Sequence record: MN850564.1
Direction: 5' to 3' (one strand)
Source: Escherichia phage humlepung
DNA: 64,000 nucleotides
In this document: in pieces, positions 8,968 to 15,207 of the stretch
Layout of the letters: the number at the start of each line of letters is the position of its first letter
Numbering within the stretch: the first letter of the stretch is position 1
Program-made: the position numbers and the translations under genes
Notes under the pieces: generated by a model
The model's database searches: none
The model's input: only the letters and a program-made list of their open reading frames with translations
Told to the model about the DNA's origin: nothing

Positions 8968-10383
8968 ATGAGCGAATTATTTAAACATGCGCACCTTCAT
9001 GCAGGTCGAACTGAAAATGGTGCTGTAAACCATACTTCATCAATGTCTGCTCTTGTAGACTTTTACAAAGCTGCTGGTTCGAGCCGTAGCAATGTAGAAA
9101 TCTTACCAGACCTGTTCTACAAAGCTTTGCGTGAGGATGTTGATGTTGCAGTTCGTATTTTACTGCATATGCGAGATGTACGAGAAGGTATGGGTGAGCG
9201 TAAAGCTTTCCGAACTGTTTTACTTAAAGCAATTGAAGATAAGATTTTAGAACCTACACAGGTTCTTCGCATTATGGATAAGATTGCAGAACTTGGTCGT
9301 TTTGATGACTTCAAAATCTTCGTAGGTACTCGTTTTGAGACAGATGCCTTCAAACATTTAGAAGCAGCATTACTAGACCCTGCAACAGCAGGTTTGGCGG
9401 CTAAGTGGTTACCACGAGTCAAACCACGTCATAAGCAGTTTGTAAAACGTTTCTGCAAGTTTGCCAACTTGAGTGAGAAAGAGTACCGCACACTGTTGTC
9501 TGCACTATCTGATACAGTTGAGCAAAAAATCTCTGCTAATGAGTTTGGTAAGATTGACTACAGTAAGATTCCTTCACTTGCTGCTGCACGTTACCAAAAA
9601 CTGTTTAACCGTAAAGATGGAGAGCGTTACAAAGCTTACATCGAGTCCTTATCAAAAGGTGAGACTAAGATTAACGCTGGTGCTGTTTACCCATACGATG
9701 TGATTAAATCTGTCAAGTATGGTAATGCAGATGTTGCTAATGAGCAGTGGAAAGCACTACCAAACTGGATGGCAGAAGGTGAAAACATCTTGTGTATGTC
9801 TGATGTATCAAGTTCAATGTCTTGGGTGAATTTTGGCTCCATTACTGCTCTGGATATTGGTGTATCACTTGCCTTGTATGTAGCAGAACGCAATACAGGT
9901 TGCTTTAAGAATGAGTTAATGGTTTATTCAACAAACCCTCACTTCATCGAACTGAGTGGTGATTTACGAAACCGTCATCGTCAGGTGATGCGACACGTTG
10001 AATATGGCTCAACTAACTTACAAGCAGCTTTTGACCGCATTCTTGAAACAGGTAAAAGAAACAACTTGACTCAGAAAGATATGCCAAGTAAGCTTATCAT
10101 CTTCTCCGATATGGAGTTCAATCAGGTTGATGGAGCTAACGGTCGTACAAACTTTGAAGCAATTCAGAGTAAGTACAAAAAAGCTGGATATGAGATGCCA
10201 CAACTGGTATTCTGGTACTTAGCAAACCGTAATGGTACTTGCGAAGTATCTGTTAAGGATAACGGTGTAGCAATGGTATCAGGGTTCTCTCCAGCCACTT
10301 TAAAAGCTCTGCTTGGTGGTGAGAAGTTTGACCCAATCAGTGTAATGCTCAAAGCAGTAATGATTGACCGTTATATCTGGTAA
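8968..10383 (+). CDS. Ro60/TROVE-like protein with C-terminal von Willebrand factor A domain (DUF2828-like N-terminus by recollection)
   Basis: MIDAS-like DVSSSMS...T...IIFSDMEFN resembling Ro60 vWA (DVSASM / FTDCETN); N-terminal TENGA...S..ALVDFY motif. Confidence 0.6.
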   Translation: MSELFKHAHLHAGRTENGAVNHTSSMSALVDFYKAAGSSRSNVEILPDLFYKALREDVDVAVRILLHMRDVREGMGERKAFRTVLLKAIEDKILEPTQVLRIMDKIAELGRFDDFKIFVGTRFETDAFKHLEAALLDPATAGLAAKWLPRVKPRHKQFVKRFCKFANLSEKEYRTLLSALSDTVEQKISANEFGKIDYSKIPSLAAARYQKLFNRKDGERYKAYIESLSKGETKINAGAVYPYDVIKSVKYGNADVANEQWKALPNWMAEGENILCMSDVSSSMSWVNFGSITALDIGVSLALYVAERNTGCFKNELMVYSTNPHFIELSGDLRNRHRQVMRHVEYGSTNLQAAFDRILETGKRNNLTQKDMPSKLIIFSDMEFNQVDGANGRTNFEAIQSKYKKAGYEMPQLVFWYLANRNGTCEVSVKDNGVAMVSGFSPATLKALLGGEKFDPISVMLKAVMIDRYIW

Positions 10384-10402
10384 AAAGTTTTAAAAAGGGT
10401 AT

Positions 10403-10431
10403 TGACAATGTGTTTAATACCCTTTAATATG
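10403..10431 (+). promoter_or_regulatory. Sigma70-like promoter TTGACA-17-TAATAT inside inverted repeat AAGGGTATT/AATACCCTT
   Basis: Exact -35 consensus, 17-nt spacer, TAATAT -10; upstream of tRNA array. Confidence 0.6.
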
Positions 10432-10548
10432 TTCTACATAGAAGCGAAATGAGAGCTTTTCTAAGATACTGAAAAATATTTTAAAAAAGTTCTTGACAAC
10501 CACTAAAAAATAATGTTAAAGTGGTTACATAGAGTTTGAAAAGTTTAT

Positions 10549-10625
10549 CTCTGTTTAGCTCAGCTTGGTAGAGCGTTCCGTTTGGGGCGGTAAGGCCGGA
10601 GGTTCAAGTCCTCCAACAGAGACCA
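10549..10625 (+). tRNA. tRNA-Pro (anticodon TGG)
   Basis: 7-bp acceptor ctctgtt/aacagag, D-arm gctc/gagc, T-loop TTCAAGT, encoded CCA. Confidence 0.75.
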
Positions 10626-10632
10626 AATTAAT

Positions 10633-10710
10633 GTTCCAGTAGACAAAATGGTAAAGTCACCACTCTTTCAAAGTGGATATTTGAGGGTTCAAATCCCTTC
10701 TGGAACGCCA
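10633..10710 (+). tRNA. tRNA-Glu (anticodon TTC)
   Basis: Acceptor gttccag/ctggaac, anticodon loop cTTTCaa, T-loop TTCAAAT, CCA. Confidence 0.7.
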
Positions 10711-10715
10711 GTTTT

Positions 10716-10791
10716 GACAGAAGACCAATTACAGCAAACTTAATCTTATTCATCTGAAGGTAAATCGGACAAAGAAGAGATTTGGTCTGGT
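10716..10791 (+). repeat. Structured repeat element copy a (5' GACAGAAGACCA ... 3' TGGTCTGGTC)
   Basis: Member of four-copy family with conserved CAGAAGACC...TACAGCAA...GGTCTGG and covarying flanks. Confidence 0.5.
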
Positions 10792-10801
10792 CATTAAGAA
10801 T

Positions 10802-10878
10802 TGCGGGTATAGAGAAAGGGCGTCTCACATGTCTCATTAGCATGGTATCGGCAGGTTCGACTCCTGCACCCGCCTCCA
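10802..10878 (+). tRNA. tRNA with CAT anticodon (Met or Ile2)
   Basis: Anticodon stem catgt/gcatg, loop cTCATta, T-loop TTCGACT, CCA; 1:72 mismatch. Confidence 0.6.
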
Positions 10879-10882
10879 ATTT

Positions 10883-10946
10883 TGCAGAAGACCGTATTCA
10901 GCAACAAAATACTTTTTGCGGATAAAAGAAAAAACACGGTCTGGCA
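10883..10946 (+). repeat. Structured repeat element copy b (5' TGCAGAAGACCGT ... 3' ACGGTCTGGCA)
   Basis: Same family; flank covariation tGC/GCa. Confidence 0.5.
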
Positions 10947-10955
10947 ATGTATTAA

Positions 10956-11029
10956 GGTTAGGAAGCACATAAGGTATGTGCGGTCGCCTGTTAAGCGAAT
11001 GGCACAGGGTTCGAATCCCTGACTAACCG
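10956..11029 (+). tRNA. tRNA-Asn (anticodon GTT)
   Basis: Anticodon loop ctGTTaa, T-arm caggg-TTCGAAT-ccctg, acceptor 6/7 paired; no encoded CCA. Confidence 0.65.
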
Positions 11030-11040
11030 CAAAATTAAAT

Positions 11041-11128
11041 GTGTCGTTATCCCGTAGATGGTAGCGGTGGGGACTGTAAATCCCTTGTCATTGAGACTCG
11101 GTAGGTTCGACTCCTACACGGCACACCA
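11041..11128 (+). tRNA. tRNA-Tyr (anticodon GTA), type II with long variable arm
   Basis: 85 nt, acceptor gtgtcgt/acggcac, loop ctGTAaa, T-loop TTCGACT, CCA. Confidence 0.7.
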
Positions 11129-11133
11129 ATAAA

Positions 11134-11210
11134 GGCTATGTAGTTTAACTGGAGAAAATACTCCCCTGTCACGGGAGATGATGTGAGTTCAAGTCTCATC
11201 GTAGCCGCCA
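11134..11210 (+). tRNA. tRNA-Asp (anticodon GTC)
   Basis: Acceptor ggctatg/cgtagcc, loop ctGTCac, T-loop TTCAAGT, CCA. Confidence 0.7.
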
Positions 11211-11237
11211 ATTTTGAGAGGGCTATTTAGCCCCTCC

Positions 11238-11272
11238 CTTAAAGAGTTCTTACGAGTATTCTTTAAGGGAGC
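11238..11272 (+). repeat. Hairpin CCCTTAAAG-(agTTCTTACGAGtatt)-CTTTAAGGG
   Basis: 9-bp perfect stem; loop motif TTCTTACGAG recurs at 14277-14286. Confidence 0.5.
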
Positions 11273-11348
11273 AGAAGACCAAATACAGCAAGAATGTATG
11301 AAATTTCAAGCCAATTTAATTTTGAAAATTTAAAACTTGGTCTGGCTC
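11269..11348 (+). repeat. Structured repeat element copy c (5' GAGCAGAAGACCAA ... 3' TTGGTCTGGCTC)
   Basis: Same family; flank covariation GAGC/GCTC. Confidence 0.5.
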
Positions 11349-11354
11349 AACAAA

Positions 11355-11493
11355 TTTACAGAAGGCCGTTTACAGCAAAACTTAAACAATCTATTTCTCC
11401 GGTAAAGAAAAGGCGAAGGTTCGATTCCTTCACTCGGCAGATGTCGAGTTGGTGTAATGGTAGCACTTAAGATGATAAACAACGGTCTGGTAA
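11355..11493 (+). ncRNA. Candidate structured ncRNA (element copy d): terminal stem TTACAGAAGGCCGTT/AACGGTCTGGTAA enclosing tRNA-like T-arm and D-arm hairpins
   Basis: Internal gaagg-TTCGATT-ccttc hairpin with T-loop consensus, acceptor-like hairpin, D-arm-like gtgtAATGGTAgcac; no complete tRNA fold. Confidence 0.3.
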
Positions 11494-11639
11494 TTACCTT
11501 TGTAGATAAGTTATTAAGCTTACTTGTGAGTATGCGACCACAAAGGGTGAATGGGTAAATTCTAGATTTAAACCCAAAAAGGCACATCGCTACAGACCTT
11601 AAGCAAGTCTGGGTAGCTTATCTACAAAGATAATTTAAT

Positions 11640-11715
11640 GGAAGTGTAGCAGAATGGTGATGCGGCAGACTTTTAATCTGACAGGCGATGGGTTCGAATC
11701 CCTCCACTTCTACCA
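11640..11715 (+). tRNA. tRNA-Lys (anticodon TTT)
   Basis: Acceptor ggaagtg/cacttct, loop cTTTTaa, T-loop TTCGAAT, CCA. Confidence 0.65.
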
Positions 11716-11719
11716 ATAT

Positions 11720-11796
11720 GGTTCAGTCGCAGATAAGGTAATGCAAGGGTCTCATAAGCCCTATGAATGTGGGTTCGATTCCCATCTGAACCTCCA
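11720..11796 (+). tRNA. tRNA with CAT anticodon (Met or Ile2), second copy
   Basis: Perfect acceptor ggttcag/ctgaacc, loop cTCATaa, T-arm gtggg-TTCGATT-cccat, CCA. Confidence 0.65.
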
Positions 11797-11797
11797 A

Positions 11798-11873
11798 GCT
11801 GGTATAGTTAAGAAGGTTATAACACTCCCCTGATAAGGGAACATCGGTGGTTCGATTCCACCTACCAGTACCA
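11798..11873 (+). tRNA. tRNA-Ile (anticodon GAT)
   Basis: Loop ctGATaa, T-arm ggtgg-TTCGATT-ccacc, CCA. Confidence 0.65.
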
Positions 11874-11888
11874 ATTTCAATAAAGTTG

Positions 11889-11917
11889 TTGACATTGAGA
11901 TGTGACTACTTTATAGT
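11889..11917 (+). promoter_or_regulatory. Sigma70-like promoter TTGACA-17-TATAGT inside the tRNA region
   Basis: Exact -35, 17-nt spacer, TATAGT -10. Confidence 0.55.
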
Positions 11918-12121
11918 AACCTTAGTTTTCGTTGCGTAGCGTCTATTTTGCAAATTTAAAATAAATGCAAACGACAATGTTTTTCTGGCAGTAGCTTGAT
12001 AGGCTAAACACCAGTGAGGTCTTCCAATCCCTCATCAAAGAATTTGGCGTACTCGCCCACGGTATGATTAATAAGGTGGGCATCTTTAAGGGCTTTCTAA
12101 GAGAGTCTTTAAAGATAATTA

Positions 12122-12203
12122 CGGGGCGTATCTCAGCGGTCTTCTAAACCGCCGTTAACCGAGTAAGTGGAGTATGCGGGTTCGAGTCCTGCCGCCTCGA
12201 CCA
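12122..12203 (+). tRNA. Atypical tRNA-like gene, anticodon stem-loop gcggt-cTTCTaa-accgc (TCT, Arg-like), no recognisable D-arm, 23-nt extra segment
   Basis: 7-bp acceptor cggggcg/cgcctcg, T-arm gcggg-TTCGAGT-cctgc, CCA; only 7 nt between acceptor and anticodon stem. Confidence 0.4.
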
Positions 12204-12346
12204 ATTTAGTTAGCAGATTACTTAGACGACCTTAGCGGGTCTTCCTGTAGGGAGGTGGTCTGTATCTCATGTTTTCCAGAACATGTAAATAATCTGAGAA
12301 GGGGCTTTACAGTGTTGAGATAATACGGTAAGCTTCGAATTATAGT

Positions 12347-12429
12347 ATGGGACGATATTAAGACTCTAAGGCATGAGCAACGGCTTCCAACACCGTTTCA
12401 AAGGGGTTCAACTCCTCCGTCCCATGCCA
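12347..12429 (+). tRNA. Atypical tRNA-like gene, anticodon loop compatible with CCA (Trp) closed by a C-A pair, or 9-nt loop
   Basis: Perfect acceptor atgggac/gtcccat plus CCA, T-loop TTCAACT; D-region irregular. Confidence 0.35.
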
Positions 12430-12442
12430 AAGTCTTATTAGG

Positions 12443-12530
12443 GGTAGGTAGCGGCTAATGGTAGCCAAACTGTCTTGAAAACAGTTGCCACTGTAGAGAT
12501 ACGGTGAGGGTTCGACTCCTTTACTTACCG
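12443..12530 (+). tRNA. tRNA-Ser (anticodon TGA), type II
   Basis: 88 nt, stem actgt/acagt with loop cTTGAaa, long variable arm, T-loop TTCGACT. Confidence 0.65.
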
Positions 12531-12787
12531 CCTAATAAGATTTAAAGCCAAGCTTCATTCGGATGTTGCTTTGGTATACCGCGTGTATTGTTGTACGCAC
12601 TGATAAAGCACCTAGTAGGTGTCACGGAGAAGAGATAATATCAAGCTCTCCAAAGGTTCTAGTCACCGGATTAAACAAGACTATGCAAAGACCTTTTTAG
12701 GTCTTTTTAGAGGGCTTCTAAGGTTATTACAGCTTGTTGTGGAACCTTGTTGCTTAGGTTCTTAGAAGTTCTCTAAAAAGATTTAAT

Positions 12788-12865
12788 GGGAGATTGACGG
12801 TAATTGGTAAACCTACCATCCTTAGAAGTTGGTGTTTGAGGGTTCGAATCCCTTGTCTCCTACCA
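12788..12865 (+). tRNA. tRNA with TAG anticodon (Leu-type anticodon but short, type-I length)
   Basis: Acceptor gggagat/gtctcct with G-U pairs, loop ctTAGaa, T-arm gaggg-TTCGAAT-ccctt, CCA. Confidence 0.5.
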
Positions 12866-12872
12866 AATTAAT

Positions 12873-12948
12873 GCAGGTGTAGCAAAATGGTTATGCGGCT
12901 GACTCTTAATCAGTAAGACGATGGGTTCAATTCCCTCCACCTGTACCA
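12873..12948 (+). tRNA. tRNA-Lys (anticodon CTT)
   Basis: Stem gctga/tcagt, loop ctCTTaa, T-loop TTCAATT, CCA. Confidence 0.55.
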
Positions 12949-12954
12949 GACATT

Positions 12955-13030
12955 GGGGTCATAGTTTATATGGTTAAAATTCGAGTTTTGCAAACTTGGG
13001 AACTGAGTTCAATTCTCAGTGACTCCACCA
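12955..13030 (+). tRNA. tRNA-Ala (anticodon TGC)
   Basis: G3:U70 wobble pair in acceptor (Ala identity element), loop ttTGCaa, T-arm ctgag-TTCAATT-ctcag, CCA. Confidence 0.75.
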
Positions 13031-13036
13031 ATTAGT

Positions 13037-13111
13037 GCATCCATAGTTTAAACGGGAAAATTACAGTCTTCCAAACTGAGGTTGAGGGTTCGATTCCCTC
13101 TGGATGCTCCA
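13037..13111 (+). tRNA. tRNA-Gly (anticodon TCC)
   Basis: Perfect acceptor gcatcca/tggatgc, loop ctTCCaa, T-arm gaggg-TTCGATT-ccctc, CCA. Confidence 0.7.
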
Positions 13112-13117
13112 AACAAT

Positions 13118-13194
13118 GCTGCTTTCGTATAATTGGCTATTACACATCCCTTGTAAGGATGGAAATGCAGGTTCGAGTCCTGTGAGCAGCACCA
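13118..13194 (+). tRNA. tRNA-Thr (anticodon TGT)
   Basis: Perfect anticodon stem catcc/ggatg, loop ctTGTaa, T-loop TTCGAGT, CCA. Confidence 0.75.
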
Positions 13195-13199
13195 ATTCA

Positions 13200-13283
13200 G
13201 AGGTCAAGTGAAAGACCGCTGGTGTCAACTGAAGACCGTAACAAATTCCACGGAGTTGAGTTAGCGGCACAACTTCAGACCTC
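13200..13283 (+). repeat. Stem element AGAGGTC...GACCTCT enclosing a GAAGACCGTAAC motif
   Basis: 7-bp terminal inverted repeat; internal CTGAAGACCGTAACAAA resembles the 5' arm of elements a-d. Confidence 0.4.
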
Positions 13284-13289
13284 TTTCAC

Positions 13290-13364
13290 ACTCGCTTAGT
13301 TTATATGGTAAAACACCACCCTTACAAGATGAAGAAAAAGGTTCAAGTCCTTTAGTGAGTACCA
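13290..13364 (+). tRNA. tRNA-Val (anticodon TAC), tentative isotype
   Basis: Acceptor actcgct/agtgagt, loop cTTACaa, perfect T-arm aaagg-TTCAAGT-ccttt, CCA; anticodon stem has mismatches. Confidence 0.55.
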
Positions 13365-13365
13365 T

Positions 13366-13443
13366 GTTCCAGTATCCCAATTGGCAGAGGATGCAAGCTC
13401 AAACCTTGTATTAGTGACGGTTCGAATCCGTCTTGGAACACCA
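13366..13443 (+). tRNA. tRNA with CAA anticodon (Leu-type anticodon, type-I length)
   Basis: Acceptor gttccag/ttggaac, stem gcaag/cttgt, loop ctCAAac, T-arm gacgg-TTCGAAT-ccgtc, CCA. Confidence 0.55.
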
Positions 13444-13462
13444 ATTTAAAGAGGCTATTTAG

Positions 13463-14020
13463 ATGAGATATTTGAAGTATGCTTCATGGATTTTCCTAGC
13501 TTTACTAGAGCCATTTGCAGCAACCCTAGCAGTCATCTTAGCACCTTTCGTAGTTCCATTCTACAGTGAGAAGAAAGGACACTTACCTTTCGGGTTCAGA
13601 TGGATGGAGACATATGACAACCCAATTGATGGTGATGAAGGTCACGTTAAAAGATGGGCTAATATTAGATGGATTGGTAAACTAGGTGTCTACATGCAAA
13701 GAGTTGGATGGCTCTGGAGAAACAAAGCTTATAACTTCTCTTACCATGTATTAGGAAGAGATGTAAAAGATGTTACTAAGTGGAAAGGTAATATCAACGT
13801 AAGTTCTAACCCTGAAGATAATCAGACTGGTTATCTCCTAATGTGGAACAGGAATGCTTGGGGATTATTCGCTTTTATCCCATCAATTAAAATCTTTGGT
13901 AAACAATTTTACTGGAGAATTTATATTGGATGGAAACTAAAAAGTGTTGTCCCAGAAGAAAGAGCATTCTCAAGGGAAAGAGTTATGTTGGCATTCTTTA
14001 TTCATCCACTGAGAAAGTAA
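13463..14020 (+). CDS. hypothetical membrane protein (185 aa, Trp-rich) encoded inside the tRNA array
   Basis: ATG with AAAGAGG RBS; N-terminal hydrophobic segment. Confidence 0.55.
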   Translation: MRYLKYASWIFLALLEPFAATLAVILAPFVVPFYSEKKGHLPFGFRWMETYDNPIDGDEGHVKRWANIRWIGKLGVYMQRVGWLWRNKAYNFSYHVLGRDVKDVTKWKGNINVSSNPEDNQTGYLLMWNRNAWGLFAFIPSIKIFGKQFYWRIYIGWKLKSVVPEERAFSRERVMLAFFIHPLRK

Positions 14021-14028
14021 AGATTTAA

Positions 14029-14104
14029 AGGGGATTAGTTTACAAGGTTAAAACCTCGGTCTTTGAAATCGAAGAAGTTGGTTCAATTCCAACATCCCCC
14101 GCCA
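14029..14104 (+). tRNA. tRNA-Gln (anticodon TTG)
   Basis: Loop ctTTGaa, perfect T-arm gttgg-TTCAATT-ccaac, CCA; 1:72 mismatch. Confidence 0.6.
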
Positions 14105-14106
14105 AT

Positions 14107-14185
14107 GCTCCATTACTCCAATTGGCAGAGAGGCCAGACTTAAAATCTGTGTTATGTATCGGTTCGAATCCGATATGGAGTACCA
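14107..14185 (+). tRNA. tRNA with TAA anticodon (Leu-type anticodon, type-I length)
   Basis: Loop cTTAAaa, T-arm atcgg-TTCGAAT-ccgat, CCA; D-arm resembles the CAA tRNA. Confidence 0.5.
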
Positions 14186-14190
14186 AATTT

Positions 14191-14266
14191 AGCGGTATAG
14201 CATAACTGGCAATGCAGCAGTCTCTGAAGCTGTCTTATTAAGGTTCAAATCCTTATGCCGCTGCCA
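14191..14266 (+). tRNA. tRNA-Gln (anticodon CTG), tentative
   Basis: Acceptor agcggta/tgccgct, D-stem gcat/atgc, loop ctCTGaa, T-arm taagg-TTCAAAT-cctta, CCA. Confidence 0.55.
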
Positions 14267-14267
14267 C

Positions 14268-14294
14268 TTCTAAGGATTCTTACGAGAGTCCTTA
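14268..14294 (+). repeat. Hairpin with loop motif TTCTTACGAG (second copy)
   Basis: aaggaTTCTTACGAGagtcctt; motif shared with 11250-11259. Confidence 0.45.
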
Positions 14295-14297
14295 AAT

Positions 14298-14373
14298 GTG
14301 GCCTTATCATAAATGGTAATGACCCATGCTGTGAACATGGTCTATACGGGTTCAAATCCCGTAGGTCACCCCA
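14298..14373 (+). tRNA. tRNA-His (anticodon GTG)
   Basis: Perfect anticodon stem ccatg/catgg, loop ctGTGaa, T-arm acggg-TTCAAAT-cccgt, CCA. Confidence 0.7.
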
Positions 14374-14379
14374 ATTTAT

Positions 14380-14455
14380 AGTCCAAGTAGCTTATATGGT
14401 TAAAGCGCGTGTCTGAAAAACATGAGAAGAGGGTTCAAATCCCACTGGACTACCA
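14380..14455 (+). tRNA. tRNA-Phe (anticodon GAA)
   Basis: D-stem gctt/aagc, loop ctGAAaa, T-loop TTCAAAT, CCA; acceptor register uncertain by 1 nt. Confidence 0.6.
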
Positions 14456-14471
14456 ATTTCAAAGGTGCTTA

Positions 14472-15206
14472 ATGAAAGAGATGACAGAACAAGGTAAGGA
14501 GATTTTTAATCTCTTAAAAACCGGTAAAGGGTTTTCTAACCCACTTATTACTGGTGCAGCAGTTCTCGGTGGAACCGTAGCTGCCTCTACATCACTTGTA
14601 AGCTCTATTAGCTCTGTAACAGACCCTACAATGAAGGAGAAGCTTGTTGCTGCTGGACTTACAACAGTCCTTCTAAACAGCTTTACAACAATCCTGACAA
14701 GCACTACAGCAACCACTAAGACCCTAACAGACTACGGTCAAAAGTCTATTGATGAGTTTTCATCACGTATGCAGGTAGCAAAGGGATATTCCAATGTTAT
14801 GGGTGCAGCAGGAGAACAAGTTGGTTGTACACCATTCAGTGGTATTATGGGTGTTGCTACAGAGTATGGTCAAAAAGCTATTGACATGATTAACAGTACA
14901 CTAGATAGTGTTAATGGTGTGTTAAGTGACTTACAAGACGCTATTGATGAGGGTCTTGATACTGTTTCTGATTTAGCTAATCAGGCTGTTAGTAAGATTA
15001 ATGAAGGTATTTCAAAGATTACAGCTTATGCAGATGAAGTTGTGCAGATGATTGAAGAAGAAGCTGCCCTTATTGCAGAGTACCTTAAAACGAATATCAA
15101 TGGGTTCTTAGCAGGTATCTTACCAGACTGGTTTGATGATGCTTGTAAAACTGGTGTAATTGATGCTATTGCAACACCAGAAATGAAGAACGCATTACAG
15201 AAATAA
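14472..15206 (+). CDS. hypothetical protein (244 aa, Ala/Thr/Ser-rich)
   Basis: ATG at 14472 with AAAGG RBS; the track start at 14409 would overlap tRNA-Phe. Confidence 0.5.
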   Translation: MKEMTEQGKEIFNLLKTGKGFSNPLITGAAVLGGTVAASTSLVSSISSVTDPTMKEKLVAAGLTTVLLNSFTTILTSTTATTKTLTDYGQKSIDEFSSRMQVAKGYSNVMGAAGEQVGCTPFSGIMGVATEYGQKAIDMINSTLDSVNGVLSDLQDAIDEGLDTVSDLANQAVSKINEGISKITAYADEVVQMIEEEAALIAEYLKTNINGFLAGILPDWFDDACKTGVIDAIATPEMKNALQK

Positions 15207-15207
15207 T

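Noticed and set aside
8948-8971. 7-codon upstream ORF (MREESKI) overlapping the start of the Ro60-like gene
   Set aside because: Too short to distinguish from chance; noted only as a possible translational-coupling leader.
9117-9422. 101-aa minus-strand ORF inside the Ro60-like gene
   Set aside because: Antisense, Ser/Ala-rich artefact of the opposite-strand reading frame.
10628-10879. 83-aa minus-strand ORF from the six-frame track
   Set aside because: Lies entirely across tRNA genes and the structured spacer; no RBS; most likely a chance ORF.
11330-11587. 85-aa minus-strand ORF
   Set aside because: Overlaps structured elements c and d in the tRNA region; no start context; likely spurious.
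10802-11796. Assigning one CAT tRNA as initiator fMet versus elongator Met or Ile2
   Set aside because: Neither copy shows the three consecutive G-C pairs in the anticodon stem expected for an initiator; identity cannot be resolved by eye.
12330-12346. T-loop-like GCTTCGAATTA as an additional tRNA
   Set aside because: No flanking T-stem or acceptor complementarity.
13061-13270. 69-aa minus-strand ORF
   Set aside because: Antisense to tRNA-Gly and tRNA-Thr; spurious.
14409-15206. Track ORF start at 14409 for the 265-aa protein
   Set aside because: That start falls inside tRNA-Phe; the in-frame ATG at 14472 has an RBS and is used instead.
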